64,000 nt of DNA from Octopus vulgaris (lineage: Eukaryota). Each line of letters begins with the position of its first letter. Within the stretch, counting starts at the first letter, position 1. Below the pieces are notes generated by a model. The model saw only the letters and a program-made list of their open reading frames with translations. It ran no database searches and was not told where the DNA came from. Both the position numbers and the translations under genes were made by a program. Location: NCBI GenBank assembly GCA_951406725.2, contig OX597826.1:40734001-40798000 (forward strand), read 5' to 3'. Below, one piece after another: positions 28,010-43,239 of this stretch.

Positions 28010-28798
28010 CACACACACAAACATACACACACACACGCATATATATATACAGATATTTGTGTGTATATATATATGGGTGTATGTGTGTATACACAGACAC
28101 ACATACAGATACACACATGCATACATACACACACATACACAAACATACACATACATCACATACATACCACACACATGTATATGTATATATATATGTGTGT
28201 ATGTATGTATATGTATATATGCACTCATATTATACACACACATATATATACACGCACATATACATACATAAACACGCGCACTTACACGCACGCACAACAT
28301 ATATACATACATTTATAAATGTATGTCTGTATACTGATATATATGTTTATATATGCCTGTATACACACACACACCTAAATATATGAATATATGTATTCAA
28401 TTATATGCAATACATACATGTGTGTATATCTTTGTGTGAACGCACTCGCACACACATATATACACACACACAAACATCACCTATATATCACTGCAGCGTC
28501 AGCCATAGTGTTATCAATTTGTTAAGGCAGTCAAAATGCTGAAGTTTTCCCCAATCCAATTATCTACATGTGGTTAGTGTAGCATGCTGTTCAGTCTACT
28601 GCCTGATTGTCTGCTTCTCTGCTTGCCTGTCTAACTGCCTGACTGCCTTGTGTCTCTGCGCTCTCTCATTTGTGTATCTGTCTGTCCGGCTGTGATGATC
28701 GGTTGACTAGCTGACTCCTCTTATATTTGCTTATGGTTCTATCTACGTTCATACGTATGGTATATATATATATTTGTGTATGAATATAAGATAGATAA

Positions 28799-28916
<118 letters not shown>

Positions 28917-29049
28917 TGATTGATTGATTGATAGATAGAGACATACATACATGATGGCTGCCCCCTCGTTATCGAGTATGGCCATTGCACGAAGCTTAAC
29001 TGTTATACATACATACACACATACACACATACATACATACATACATACA

Positions 29050-29081
<32 letters not shown>

Positions 29082-29087
29082 CTTTAT

Positions 29088-29205
29088 TGCGGCCATGCTG
29101 GAGCTCCGCCTTCAAGGGCTTTTTAGTTGAAGAAATCGACCCCAGGACTTATTCCTTGTATGCCTAGTGTTTATTTTATCGGTTTATTTTGCCGAACCAC
29201 TAACT
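29088..29205 (-). mobile_element. SINE family 1, 3' part
   Basis: TGCGGCCATGCTGGAGC...ATCGACCCCAGGACTTATTC. Confidence 0.75.
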
Positions 29206-29337
29206 TATTCGTAGCCACTTCCCCTGCTCGCAATTTATCGGATGCAGCTTTGCATCGTTAACCAGTTGCAGTAGATGTCCTCATCGCAGTAGAGTCCATT
29301 CGAACGGATATCCATGTTGAAGTGACTACAAATATTA

Positions 29338-29387
<50 letters not shown>

Positions 29388-29459
29388 AAAATGTGTGTAT
29401 GTATGTATGTATGTATGTATGTATGTATGTATGTATGTATGTATGTATGTATGTATGTA

Positions 29460-29975
29460 TGATGGCTGCAATTCGATTTTGTGCAGACATCACCTGTTTG
29501 TTTTCTTAAAGCGGTACGGATGTGACTTTTCAATCCCTCTAGGTACCCAAACGTTTTTGCCCAAATGTGACAGCGACGGATTCCTCTTGCAGGAGGCCTT
29601 CAGAGGGCGTAATACACACCATTAGCACGACATGCCTTTATTCCACCATGGAATTTTTCATTGAATGTTCGGCCGTTCTCGACTACGGCCAGCCATAGTA
29701 TGCAGTACATAATGGCGATGTTAAAAATGAAGCGATACTTGAGTCTGAAGCGTTGCAAAGTGAGGAAAGACCTAGCACAAGGCCAATCTCTTTCTCTAAG
29801 GAACTTACGCATTTCTCCAATAATAACTAGTCTACGTAACTGAGTGTAAGTGTTATTGCAGGAGATACACCAAATATTTCTTTCGCACAGAGAGATGTCA
29901 AAATAAAGACAAGTGTCACCCGCTCCTTGCTGTTCAATGGCTCTTGATTCTACTGAGTTCATCTCTTCCTTTTCA
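29460..29975 (-). mobile_element. Highly decayed LINE (I/Jockey-like) linker fragment
   Basis: Only KIPWWNK...KRNPS is recognisable; many stops. Confidence 0.3.
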
Positions 29976-29997
29976 GGATTTTCTTTTGTCCTTCAGG

Positions 29998-30390
29998 ATG
30001 CGCATGGCTTAGTGGTTAGGCTATTCGATTCATGATCGTAAGGTCGTAAGTTCGATTCCTGTCGACGCGTTTTGTCCTTGAACAAGACATTTTATTTCAC
30101 GGTGCTCCAGTCCACTCATGGAGTTGTTCCTGTAATTCAAAGGGTTAGGCTTCTCACGTCCTTTATCATGCTGAATCGCAGTGTAACCTACGTTAAGGGT
30201 ACGCGTGTCTGTGAGTGCTCAGCCAGTTGCACGTTAATTTCACGAATAGACTGTTCCGTTGATTGGATCACATGGGAAACTCGTCGTCGTAACCAATGGA
30301 GTACCAGTTTGGATGTCCAACGGAAAACACCCACCATACCAAGCAGGCTTGATGTAGTAGCCGGTTTAGTCGCCGACGATTCGACCATGT
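29998..30390 (+). mobile_element. tRNA-derived SINE family 3
   Basis: Head GCGCATGGCTTAGTGGTTAGG...AAGGTCGTAAGTTCGATTCC; related pieces at 34893-35050 (+) and 47890-48005 (-). Confidence 0.75.
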
Positions 30391-30832
30391 AACACAGACA
30401 TACATACATACATACATACATACACACACACATACATACATACATACATACATACATACATACATACATACATACATACATACATACATACATAAAAAAT
30501 ACCGTGTTGTTGATGTTCCAATGAAGGAGCCTTGGATCTAGGTTAGAAACCGAGTCTTTCTCTATTGACAAGAAATCTTGAAATAAACTGAATAATGACA
30601 TACATACATGCCTATTTTAAAGCATGCCTTAAAACGGAGCCTTAAAACATTTACTGATGGGGTCATCCAATACTGTGAGTAGGGTCCAACTTGTAAAATT
30701 CGAGTTGACTGGGTCTCCATGTTTAACGTTCAAGCTAGCAGAAACTTAAAGCCCCAATCAAATCAGGTTGTAGCCCATCTGTCTGTCTGTCTGTCTGTCT
30801 TTCTGTCTTTCTGTCTCTGTTTGTCTATCTAT

Positions 30833-30918
<86 letters not shown>

Positions 30919-31132
30919 GTCTGTCTATTTATTTACCTATCTATCCTTCTAACTGTCTGTCCGTCTAATTATAAGTATATATGTTTGTGTGTCTATAAGT
31001 ATGCATGTGTATATATGTATGTAGAGACAGACTGACCGACAAACACGCACACAAACAAAGACAGACACAGACACACAGACATCTATACAGACAGTCTGAT
31101 AGATAGACAGACAGACAGACAGACATACAGGC

Positions 31133-31207
<75 letters not shown>

Positions 31208-31213
31208 CATGCG

Positions 31214-31251
<38 letters not shown>

Positions 31252-31261
31252 TGGATGGATG

Positions 31262-31338
<77 letters not shown>

Positions 31339-32433
31339 TGTTCTCTGCCAACAACACCAATGCGGTTGTGTCGTCTTCTTTATCAGGTTGCATGCAGCTG
31401 TATATAACATGATACGCCTTGATGTCCTGTACCACAACAGTGGCCAATAATATTCACCCTGCATTAAGAAACAATCGCAGAGATAGACAGGACGTGTCTA
31501 TAAATCCAGATAGGTATGTGGCTAAGTATGACTCTATATAGACCGTTATTTTGCCGAGTACAGATATGTATTTAGCTGGGTAAAGCTGGATATAGAGAGG
31601 CATTTAGCAGAATATAGCTGAGGATAGATAGGTATTCATAAGGTCTTCAGTATCTGCCCCACCCATGTTTTAGTCTTCATGCCAAAACGTAGGAATTTCA
31701 GACAGGCTGACCTTGGAAACTTTTGTATGCTGAAGGCCGCCACGCCTCAACTAGCCATCTCTATTACAACTCAAAACCAACAGCAGCAATAGCAATACCA
31801 TGACTATAACTACGTCTACAAACACCACCAACAGCAACAACACCACCATCGACTCCACAACCATAACGACAATCACTACCACCCTACCGCCACCATCACT
31901 CCTATATCCATCACTGTAACCACCACCACCACCACCACCACCACTACCACCACCACCACCACCACAACCACCACCACCACCACCACCACCACTACCATCA
32001 CCACCACCACCACTACCACCACCGAAAACCACCACCACCACCACCACCACTACCACCACCGCTACAGTGACAGTGATATAGAGAAAGAGAATCCAATAAT
32101 TACATTTGTATTGATGGCTTCAAATGTTAGGAAATTAACTGGATATTATGTTGTCGTGGTAGTCGTGGTGGTCGTGGTTCTCGTAGTGGCCGTAATGGTG
32201 GTGGTGGTGCTGGTGCTGGTATTCGTCGTGGTCGTCGTGACATTGATGGGATGGGAGTGGAATTGTTGTTGTTGATGGGGGTGATACTGGCGGTGGTGGT
32301 GGTAGCTGGCAGAAAAAGTTGGCGTTACTCCTTTCTTAGTGATGTCGAGGTTATAATGGCAATATAATAATCATTGTAACATAAATTTGAGGTTTGCCTC
32401 TGAAGGAACCAGGAACAATCATTGGCGTTGTTG

Positions 32434-32465
<32 letters not shown>

Positions 32466-32783
32466 GGTGGTGATGGTCGTGGTCGTGGTCGTGGCGGTGG
32501 CGGCGGGGGCGGCGGCGGCGGTGGTGGTGGTTGTGGTGGTGGCGGTGGTGGTGGTGTTTGCAGTGGCGTTGGTGTTGGCGGTAATGGTAGTAACGTGGCC
32601 GTGATGGTGGTGGTGGTGTAATGGACGTAGTGGTAAGTTGTAATTACAAAATCAGTAAAGCTAGTTGTTACAGCTCTAATAAGGAGACTAATTAATGCAA
32701 TTACAAATTACTTTGGGAACATTCCTTTTCCAGCTCAGACTCGCTCCTTCTCCAATTCTTTCTAATTATTCATCTCATTTATT

Positions 32784-32830
<47 letters not shown>

Positions 32831-33320
32831 ATCTCTACCTTTCTACCTCTCTGTCTCTTTCTCCCTGTCTTTCTCTGCCCCATACTTCTCTTTTTCTCCA
32901 TTTTTTTCCAGTTATTACTACAACTGATATACATAAAAACAGACAGGCAAATAGCAATACTTTTGGGGAAAGTCAGTCATACGATAATTCAGCAACCTAT
33001 CCTTGGGGGTTTATTTATCCCTAATTTCTTTAAACGTTCACCAATCCGAAGATAAGCTCTGTGCTTCGTTAACCAGCTTAATTCGTATAGTGTTACACTT
33101 TTAACAATTAAGAGGTTACAAATGACCTCCAACTCTGAAATAGACGTTAAATAAATAATAAATAGTTCTGGCATAAGAGCAATATCTTTAATTAAAAGTC
33201 ACTGCTTCTGATGGAAAGTATAACTTGAATATTTTGATTCCCATTACAACATGTATACGTTTATTCTATTTCATATTATGTTGTTGGCACATCCTTAAAC
33301 ATATAATTGCCACCTTGGTA

Positions 33321-33369
33321 GGTAGATCCTGCCACACCAGTCCTAAGCACCAAAAAAGCAGGATAGTTG
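33321..33369 (+). ncRNA. Decayed twister-like motif at the RTE 5' end
   Basis: TAGA-TCCTGC...CCAGTCCTAAGCACC-AAAAAA-GCAGGA-TAGTTG resembles the twister GGTCCCAAGCCC...GAGGG pattern; TCCTGC/GCAGGA helix; ~150 bp upstream of the APE start. Confidence 0.4.
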
Positions 33370-34890
33370 TACAAGCAATATAATCCCGTAGAACAAGAAC
33401 AGCTAAAGAAGCAGCAAAAGAAACTCAATCGCAAAACCTACGGGAGGAAGGCGATCTAATGAAAGCCATATAAAAGTTAGGGTCTCAAAATGCTAAATTA
33501 TGAGCAACAAATAACAAACCTAGCTAAATGGAACATACGAACATTGTATCCAAGTGGAAACATGAAAAAAACTTATGACAGAGTTCAAGGAATACCAACT
33601 CAACATCTTAGGAATCGGTGAGTTGAGATAGGGAGAAAGTGGGAAACTATGCAAAGACAATCATTTACTCTAGTCATGATGGTCAAATGGAGGAAAGAGC
33701 AGCTGAAATATACCAGTGATAGATAAACAGGGAAGGACTTTGCTGACAAAACACTAAATCAACCAACACCAACAGGACTTTACAACTTTACCAACAAAAT
33801 AAGAGAGCCCTGGATGTAGATGAAGATCCAATCATGAGCGAAGAGACAACAAAAGCAATCAAAATGTTGAAAAACAACAAAGCTTTTCGACTGGATGAAA
33901 TCATCGCAGAAATGTTCAAACGTGGTGAGAACACTGTAGTGACTGAACTAACAAGTTTGATAAGTTGCTGCTGACGTGAGCTGAAGGTTTTACAGAGTTG
34001 ACAAGGGGGAATCATTGTGAAACTGCCGGAGAAGGACGACCTATCCAACTGTAATTACTCGCAAAGTATCACCCTACTATCAGTGCCTGGTAAAATGTTA
34101 TGAAAAATGATTCTAAAGAGGCTGTACTACGAGAGGAACAAATCGGATTTCATATTAATCGATCCTGTACTGAGCAAACCTTTATATTCAGATATATTAT
34201 TGAACAGTGTATTGGGCATCAAAGATCACTGACTTTATTGACTTTAAAAAGCATTTGATATTGTCCACATAGAGTCCTTGTTGTGAGTTGCCTAGCAGTA
34301 TGGCGCCTCTCAACGCTTTTATCAATATCTTTAAAGAATTATGTTCAAATTCACGATGCTGTGTTTGAACAGAAACAGTGAAAGCAGTCTTCATTGACAT
34401 CATTACTTTAGTGAGATAAGGTTGTATTCTGTCTACCCTTCGGTTCTTACTGGTAGTAGATTTTGTCCTAAAGAAAACAGCAAACATACTCGATGGAAGA
34501 ATACCATGGAAACAACAGACCAGACTGAAAGACCTGGACTTTACTGATGACATTGCTGAAGATAATAAAAACCTCACATCAGAACTAGAACAAAATGCAT
34601 GAAAAATTAGTCTGAGAATCGGTGTGGAGAAGACCAAAACAATGAACATTACAAATTATGACCACTGAACAACAGCAATCATAAAGATCAGTCAACGATA
34701 TACCGAGACAGTAGAGAGATGCACCTATCTAGGTGACACTATCAATATCAATGGCAATGTTGAGATTGACGTCAACCATTGAACTGGCAAAGTCACGGCT
34801 GTATTCCAGAGAATATGCACCATACAGTCCTCCAGCACCATCAGCTTACAAAGATCCGGCTTTATAATGGCATAGTTCTACCAACAGCTC
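33321..34890 (+). mobile_element. RTE-clade LINE, internally deleted and decayed
   Basis: APE start KWNIRTL...LNILGIGELR; RT motifs LKNNKA..LDEIIAEM, LPEKDDLSNCNY..ITLLSVPGK, LREEQIGF..NRSCTEQ, FIDFKKAFD, GCILS, LKDLDFTDDI, TYLG. Confidence 0.85.
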
Positions 34891-35229
34891 TCTTGAACAA
34901 AACACTTCATTTCAAGTTGCTCCAGTCCACTGGCAAAAATGAATAATCTGCAACCGACCAGCATCTAGTTCAGTGGGGGAATATATACGCCACAAAAACC
35001 GGGAGACCAGCCTTAAGCGTCTATATGACTTGGGTAGGAGCATTATCCTTTTCTTTAAGTATGTGTAGCGGAGATCATTACACTCCTAGATGCATCTAAT
35101 CCTTTGCTATCCAAAGTGTACCGCATCTTTCTAACAAAATTATATCCGTTACACAATTTTGATAAAGCAGAGTCAGTTAATGAAACAAACTATACATGCA
35201 TATATACATACATATATATATATATATTG

Positions 35230-35464
<235 letters not shown>

Positions 35465-35491
35465 CATGATTTATAACATTATATATGTACG

Positions 35492-35809
35492 CAATGGCGG
35501 ACTGGGTCTAAAATTATTGGTTTGCCAGGAGACTGAGGGGGCCCACCCGCAACTACAAGGGGGCCCAGCCACAACTACAATGCTGTCATTTAATTTTCTT
35601 TTTCATATGTTTTAAGTATTCTTTTCAACTGTCTACAAACACAGTCAGGCTGAAATAATAAATACAGTCATCCAGGAGTGAATTAAAAATTCTCAAACTT
35701 GATGGATTGGGCCCCTGAGATACTAACATGGGCCCCCATATATGGATTCTAATGACGCAGGGGCCCACTTGCCATCGGGCAAGCGAGCAACCTGGCCAGT
35801 CAGCCACTG
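35492..35809. mobile_element. hAT MITE with perfect 8-bp TSD
   Basis: TIRs CAATGGCGGACTGG / CCAGTCAGCCACTG; TSD TATGTACG at 35484-35491 and 35810-35817; internal GGGCCC repeats. Confidence 0.9.
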
Positions 35810-36024
35810 TATGTACGGAAGTATATATATGTGTGCATATATGTATACGTACACACATATACATACCTATTGTTAAACTGAAAACGCATGCCAGTGATCT
35901 GGTGCCCTCAAGTAATGTATCTTGTAGCTTTAGATCACTTTTAAAGTAGTTCTTAGAACTTGGCAAGTTGGAGAAACGCTTATGAATCACAGGGTCTCCT
36001 CCATGTTAAATGCTCCAACAATTT

Positions 36025-36185
36025 CATACACACAACACCAGAGTAAGCACATAAAGGTAAAACGAGCTGGGGAAAACAGTACTCGAATACTGGAGGTAGA
36101 ATAATATGCTTTATTATTAAAGATGTGATCACAAATGGCCAACGAACGGGAACGTGAAACTCTGAGTAGCAGTTTTTTGTAATAT
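36025..36185 (+). mobile_element. pLTR-like repeat (family B) with decayed hammerhead motif at 36139-36172
   Basis: GAGTAAGCACA...TACTCGAATAC...GAACG.GAACGTGAAACTCTGAGT shared with 63609-63856; core reads CCAACGA instead of CTGACGA. Confidence 0.6.
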
Positions 36186-36371
36186 ATATATATATATATA
36201 TAAACATAACGTCGCAAGAAATTTGAAAAGCTAAACGCGAAACCGGTCTTTCTTCTAAATTATGTCATTGTAAGGAAAAAAAATGTTTAATATTCTTCAG
36301 ACATATTGACGCAAATATATATATTTTTTTAACCTTTAAGCCTTCTGTAGTTTTTTCACTTTTTACTATTT

Positions 36372-36437
<66 letters not shown>

Positions 36438-37157
36438 TATAGAACTACTGCAGATATACGAAATCGTAATTGTTTTTCAAAACCCTACATAGCATTTTGA
36501 ACTCAACGCTGACATTTTCGTAATCAAAGACGAAAATTAACCTCGTTAATCTTTTCTTTTAAAATCTGCTTTCTATTTCCATGAAGTGAATTCATGGGGA
36601 ATTGAAAGTATTGTGTCTAGAACTGTGGTAGTATATAAGCATAACCATACACAACGCAGGCAGTCAATACACCTCATATATCTCATTACTCATTTCACTT
36701 GTCAAATAATAGACTGCTGAATTCTGTTCAGTTAGGTTCAGCACAAAATATGAAAAAATAATGAATTCCGCTTATATGTCGTATGTTCGGAGTGAGGTAT
36801 ATCTGCCATCTCCAGGTTCGATTCTCAGATATACCCATGACACATTCAAATACTCACTTTAATTGTACCCTCTGATCCTTCAAATGCTTTAACAGTATTT
36901 ACACTGTTGCCAACATTTAGATCACACCTCAGATTCCCTCATCCTGCAGATTTTCATCTGCAAAGGTTCAAACTGCATAAATCTTACCAATCAGAGATCA
37001 TAGACTTTGCTTCTCTTCTTGTGACTAACGAAGAATAAAGAAAATTACTTTACAAACCCCCCATAAAGTAAGGCGACATGAACTCCTGATCTGGTATAAT
37101 GAATCTCTTAATTTTATCGCATAAATAATTCTTCATCTTTTTTATGGATATTCTCAA

Positions 37158-37208
<51 letters not shown>

Positions 37209-37317
37209 GTTATTATTATTATTATTATCATCATCAGTCTCCCCCTTCTCATCATTGTCATCATTTATATTACTATTATTGTTCTTATTATTATTAATAT
37301 CTTCGTTGTAGTCGTCG

Positions 37318-37348
<31 letters not shown>

Positions 37349-37371
37349 TATCCTCATCGTCATCGACATCA

Positions 37372-37425
<54 letters not shown>

Positions 37426-37684
37426 GCATATTTAAATGTGTTACAGAATTGTTAGAAAATAAGGTATTCTGAAATGTAACTTTTGTGAATATTCCCCCTC
37501 AAGAGAATAGAACAGACACGAGGCGATGCTTAATTCGAAAAGAACATTCTACAGAGGCAGCTGTCTCTTGAATTATCGCTAATTCTGATAACTTGTTTAG
37601 AATGGTGAGTGACTCACAGAAGTCAAAGGACGAGAAACGTCAGAGCAGAGACTTCTACTTTTTAAGTGGTTGATGTTGTTGTTG

Positions 37685-37716
<32 letters not shown>

Positions 37717-38443
37717 GGTGGTGGTGGTGGTTGGTGGTGGTGGTGGTGGTATTGGCGGCGGCGGTGGCGGCGGCGGCAGCGGTGGTGCTGGTGGTGGTGG
37801 TAGCGGTGGTGGTAATTCTGGTGATGGTGGTGGCGGTGGTGGCGGCGGCGGCGGTGGTGGTTCTGGTGATGGTAGCGGTGGTGCTGATGTTGCTGGTGGT
37901 GCTGGTGGTACTAGTGGTGCTGGTGCTGGTGACGGTGGTGGCGGTGGTGGCGACAGCAGCGGCGGAAGTGGGTGAGTTTTGTTTTTTTAGCCCCAGATCA
38001 GCCTCGATCAAGCAGACCTATGATCTTTGATCATAGGTCTTTTGGATGTGTGTGGTTGAGTACATTATCTAATATAGTCTTCTTCTTTCATTAGACACTT
38101 TCAGTGTAATCTGAGGCAGTTTTAGCCTCTATTTCTTTTACGTCTACCAACCACATAAACGTTTCCCGGCCGCTCCGTGTGATCAGGTATCCTCGGGTAA
38201 TGTTCCTTGTAGCTTTAAGCCACTCTTAAAACCAGTTCTTCGAACTTGGCACTGCAAGCTGGAGAAACACTTATCTATCATAGAGCCTCATTCATACACA
38301 CAACATATATATATTCTATTTCTATCAACCCTTTTCACATTTCACATTTCTTGGCATTATTTTCTTTAATTTCTCTACTTTCCTCTATTATCTCCCTTGT
38401 ACATTTCCCTCCGTCCTTTCCTCTGTCCCTGTCTCTATCCTTC

Positions 38444-38477
<34 letters not shown>

Positions 38478-38482
38478 CCTCC

Positions 38483-38513
<31 letters not shown>

Positions 38514-38571
38514 AGTTCCTTCCCTAATTCTTCAATCCCTCTGCTCCCTACCCTTTTTACAAGATTGTTGT

Positions 38572-39430
38572 TTAGACGGCCAACTGAGATTAACAGCGAC
38601 AAAATGAAGGAATTAGTCAAGACCAACCGTCGTTATACACCCAAGATGATCGCAAGTATTCCTCACATATCCAAATGGACAATAGAAAATCATCTGCATC
38701 AAACTGGTTACGTAAGCAGGCTTGATGTTTGGGTTCCACATCAATTGACTGCGGTGAACCTCAGCCAGCAGTTTTCCATCGGCGATCCGTTGCAGAAATG
38801 TGAAGAAAATTATCCAGTTTTGAAGAGAATGTGACAGGAGATGAAAAATGGGTCATTTCTAACAATGTTATACGCAGACAATCACGAGGGAAGTGCGGCG
38901 AACAACCACAAACAACCTCCAATGCTGGACTTCACTCGAAGAAGGTCATACTTTCTACTTGGTGGGGTTGGAACGTTCTTCCCATGAACAGGGCCAAAAA
39001 TTCGAAAGTGTACTATGAAAAGCTGAACAAATTAACTGCAGCGAATCACCAGAAGCGTCTAGCATTTGCTAATGGTAAAGGCATTGTCTTTCATCAAGAT
39101 AATGCTAGACCTCAGAAGTTACTGGAGCTTCACTGGCGAATTTTGATGCACCCTCTATATTCATTCAACCTTACAACAGATTTTCACCTGCTTTGGTCGC
39201 TTCAAAATTGCTGAATACACAGACATTTAAATCTGAAGAGGATGTAAAAATTCACCTGGAAGAATCTTTTGTCAGTAAAGACAAGAAATTCTTTGAGTTG
39301 GGAATCATGGATCTGCTCGCAAGATAGCAGAAGATAGTGGAACGAAAGAGTAATTCTATCATTCATTGAATGACTCACTTTGTGTAAAAAAAGTATCTTA
39401 TTTTCGCTTAAAAAAACGGACAACCCAATA
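38572..39430 (+). pseudogene. Mariner transposase pseudogene with 3' TIR remnant
   Basis: WVPHQL, TGDEKWV, HQDNARP, HPLYSFNL.TDFHL motifs; ends ...GGACAACCCAATA. Confidence 0.9.
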
Positions 39431-39712
39431 CATACATATACATGCATATACATACATATATATTTATATATATATATGTGTGTGTGTGTAAGTATGTGTA
39501 TTCTTAGATGAACGCACACACTCACACATGCACACACAAGCATACATGTATGTGTACGCGCGTATGTGTATGTGTATGAAAAAAGAAAGCTTGGACTAAG
39601 CCGTATGTCTATGTGCTTTTATGTAAGGGAGACACAGAATGAGAGTGTGTATGTGCTTGTGCATGTGGGTGTGTATGCTTGTGTGTGCGTGCGTGTGTGT
39701 GTGTGTGTGCGT

Positions 39713-39753
<41 letters not shown>

Positions 39754-40050
39754 GTAGAGAATGTGGCTGAAAGAGAGGCTGTTTCGGTGAGTGCTGTCCC
39801 ACAGATGAAAGCCAAAAGGGCAACCATCTGCAGAACATCGGCGGAAGATATAACGATGCGATGGTTTGAAAGAGTAAAACACACGTGAGTGTCGAGAGGG
39901 GGGGTAGGGAAATGTAGTGGAGAAGGGGGTAATGAATGGAGTCTGGGAAAACTAAGAGATGTAAGTTGTAGAGGTGTAGGAGTAGAAGGAAGAGGAAGGG
40001 AGGAGGAGGAGGAGGAGGAGAAGAAGAAGAAGAAGAAGAAGAAGATGATG

Positions 40051-40082
<32 letters not shown>

Positions 40083-40498
40083 GAAGAAGAAGAAGAAGAA
40101 GAAGAAGAAGAAGAAGAAGAAGAAGAAGAAGAAGATGAAGAAGAAGAAGAAGAAGAAGAGGATGAGGAGGAAATGGAAGAGATGATTAAGGAGAGAGAGA
40201 GAGAGAGGGGGGGAGCTGACGAAAAGAGAAAAAAGGAAGGAATGTAAAGCAGAATGAGGAAAAGCAATAAGTACAACAACAAACTGAGATGGATAACAAA
40301 CATCAGTAAAAATTATTAATCAAACGTAAACTGTTCAATAATTTGCTGAACACGTGACCTAACCTCCCAATATGGACGGCCTGAGATATTAATATAATCC
40401 ACATGCCATTAATTTGGTCGGCCATTAACAACGATTTATTTCAGGAGAGGTTTCGTATTTGGGGGTCCTTTTAATCGTTCGTTTTTATTGTTCTTGAT

Positions 40499-40555
<57 letters not shown>

Positions 40556-40569
40556 TTGTTGTTGTTGTT

Positions 40570-40620
<51 letters not shown>

Positions 40621-40644
40621 CGTTTTAATTTGTTTTACATATTT

Positions 40645-40826
40645 CTTTACTACCCACAAGGGGCTAAACACAGAGAAGACAAAAAAAGGACAGACAAAGG
40701 AATTAAGTCGATTATACCGACCCCAGTGCGTAACTGGTCCTTAATTTATCGACCCCGAAAGGATGAAAGCCAAAGTCGACCTCGGCGGAATTTGAACTCA
40801 GAACGTAACGGCAGACGAAATACCTA
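40645..40826 (-). mobile_element. SINE family 2, partial
   Basis: Matches 60187-60388. Confidence 0.8.
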
Positions 40827-41177
40827 TTTTGTTTTACATGAAATGGAATTGTCTTTGCTGCTTTTGCTTAGCTCTAGATCAATCACAATTTTTCAGCAGA
40901 CCAACGATCGAAAGCCTTCCAGTCGTGACCATTCATCATCGTTCATATATCCAGGAGTATATAGTTTAATGTGACATTTTTTTTCTATAAAGTAAGTTTG
41001 TAATCTGTTGGATAGATATTTGGCTCTTATTTTAAAACATGTCAAGGTTCCCAATCATTAGTTATTGATATTGTTATTTAACGGTGGGTTTTCCTTGAGC
41101 AAGTAGATATATAATCAACAGCGTTTCTTCCTTGGCCGCTGCGTTTTATTAGATGCACTGCTTATATCTTGTACGTA

Positions 41178-41422
41178 GGCGCAGGCGTGGCTGTATTGTG
41201 AGAAGCTTGCTTTTCAACCACAAGGTTCCGGGTTCAGTCCCACTGCGTGGCACTTTGGCTAAGTGTCTTCTACAATATTTTCGGGCTCACGAAAGCTTTG
41301 TGAATGAATTTGGTAGACGAAACTGAAAAAAGCCCGTCTACCATATATGGTGTTGTGGATTTCCACTTCGGCATCTGAAACTCAGTTTTATCTTGACTAT
41401 TGAGTAATGTAACATATTATTT

Positions 41423-41505
<83 letters not shown>

Positions 41506-41663
41506 TGTTTAACTTAGCGGTTCGGCAAAAGACACCGATACAAGATGTACTAGGCTTACATAGAATAAGTCCTGGGTTCGATTTCTTCGACTAAAACCCT
41601 TTAAGACGATGTTCCAGCATGGCCGCAGTCAAATGACTGAAACAAGTAAAAAAAATAAAAGAA
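41178..41663 (+). mobile_element. SINE family 1 with internal insertion
   Basis: Head 41178-41340 and tail 41505-41663 match the family. Confidence 0.8.
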
Positions 41664-41799
41664 TATCCACATTATCCAATGTGTCCTTCATTTCTTTTTA
41701 ATGATGGTAGGATATTTGGGAGAGGCTTGTCTACTATTTCTAGTAGGTAGAGCAACCACATGATATTATTATATATACACTAATAAACTTCATAGCCCT

Positions 41800-42300
41800 G
41801 AACAATGCTATTGAATAAATTCCCTACCATACCACTTAACCATAATATTGTCCGACATTGCTAGTAGCTAATGTATTGGACTATATTCAAACATTCGGTT
41901 ATTTATAAGAATACTTATATCTCATTAATGCCAACAACTAAATGCAAATCGTTCATGTGTGCTAGCTAATTCCCTGCTTTAGTTAACCATCATTTAGTCT
42001 TACCTTAATTAATAATGTATTCAACTATATCCAGACATTTTACTACCCAGATCAATACAATTGTATAATTTCTCACCTTGTTGACCAGACTATATTCAAA
42101 CATACTGCTATCTGCAAAAATACTTATTGATCCTAGCACCTTAAATTTAAATAGTTCCTTTATGCTAACTGTACCTAACCTTGCTACCCTATCATGATAG
42201 CACGATTTTTTAATTCTACACATCCAAACCTCTATATACTCTTGTTTGCATCAATCTTAGACATTATTTCCTTTTTCTTAAAATACATGGTTCAATAAAT
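41800..42300 (-). mobile_element. Very decayed CR1-like RT remnant
   Basis: VLGS..IFAD...LVNKVRNY weakly resembles CR1 RT motifs. Confidence 0.3.
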
Positions 42301-42474
42301 TTGCTCCTATAATCAACTTTGGCGGATTCAATCTAACTGAAGTGTTTACCGTATGCCATTTATAGCCTTACGCTTATTTATAAACTTGTTTGTTATATTG
42401 CGATGTCTATATGTGTATGTATATATTGTACCTATGCGTGTGCATAGGCATACGCATAGGGCATACGTATCTAT

Positions 42475-42522
<48 letters not shown>

Positions 42523-43239
42523 ATATCTATATATCTATCTATCTATCTATCTATATATATATCCTTTATACAATATATATATATGCTTTTATTAAAATAT
42601 ATGTATATACGCATACATATGTATCCATAAATGGATGACGTAAGTTTAAATTTGTATATTAAATATGCAGGTGCGTTTACAATTATATAGGTCTGTGTGT
42701 TTTTGCTGTATATATTCATGTATATGTATCATTTATGCATATTTAAATGAGTATATATATGTGAGTGTGTGCGTATATGTATCTATATATGCGTATATAT
42801 AGATACATATATATGCGTATATATGCGTATATATGTCTATATATGTGTATATATATATATATGTCTTTGTGTGTTTATTTGTAATTATATGTTGTGTATA
42901 TAGTTGTAAATAGATATATGCGTGTATAAATGTGTATATGTTTATATGGGTGTGTATGCAGTCGAATGTGCTTAAACAGGTATCTATCTACTCTGTATAT
43001 ATGAGCGTGTCATCTACGCAGTAATGTATGGGTGTGCAGATATAAATACGTGCCTCTATGCACGCAGGTTTTTGCAGTTACATATATGAATGTATTCCTT
43101 TTCGTACAAATTTTTTGTATGTATATTTACGTTTATATTGTGTGTATGTATGTGTTTTGTATGTATTTAGCTATGTGTGATGCGCAGACATGCGCTGAAG
43201 CTGCGACATCTCCAGAGTTTCTTTGACAGTGGGCAAATG

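Noticed and set aside
30518-30556. Hammerhead-like CCAATGA-AG-GAGCCT...AGGTTA-GAAAC-CGA-GTC
   Set aside because: The core box is mutated and no stem I is found; at most a relic.
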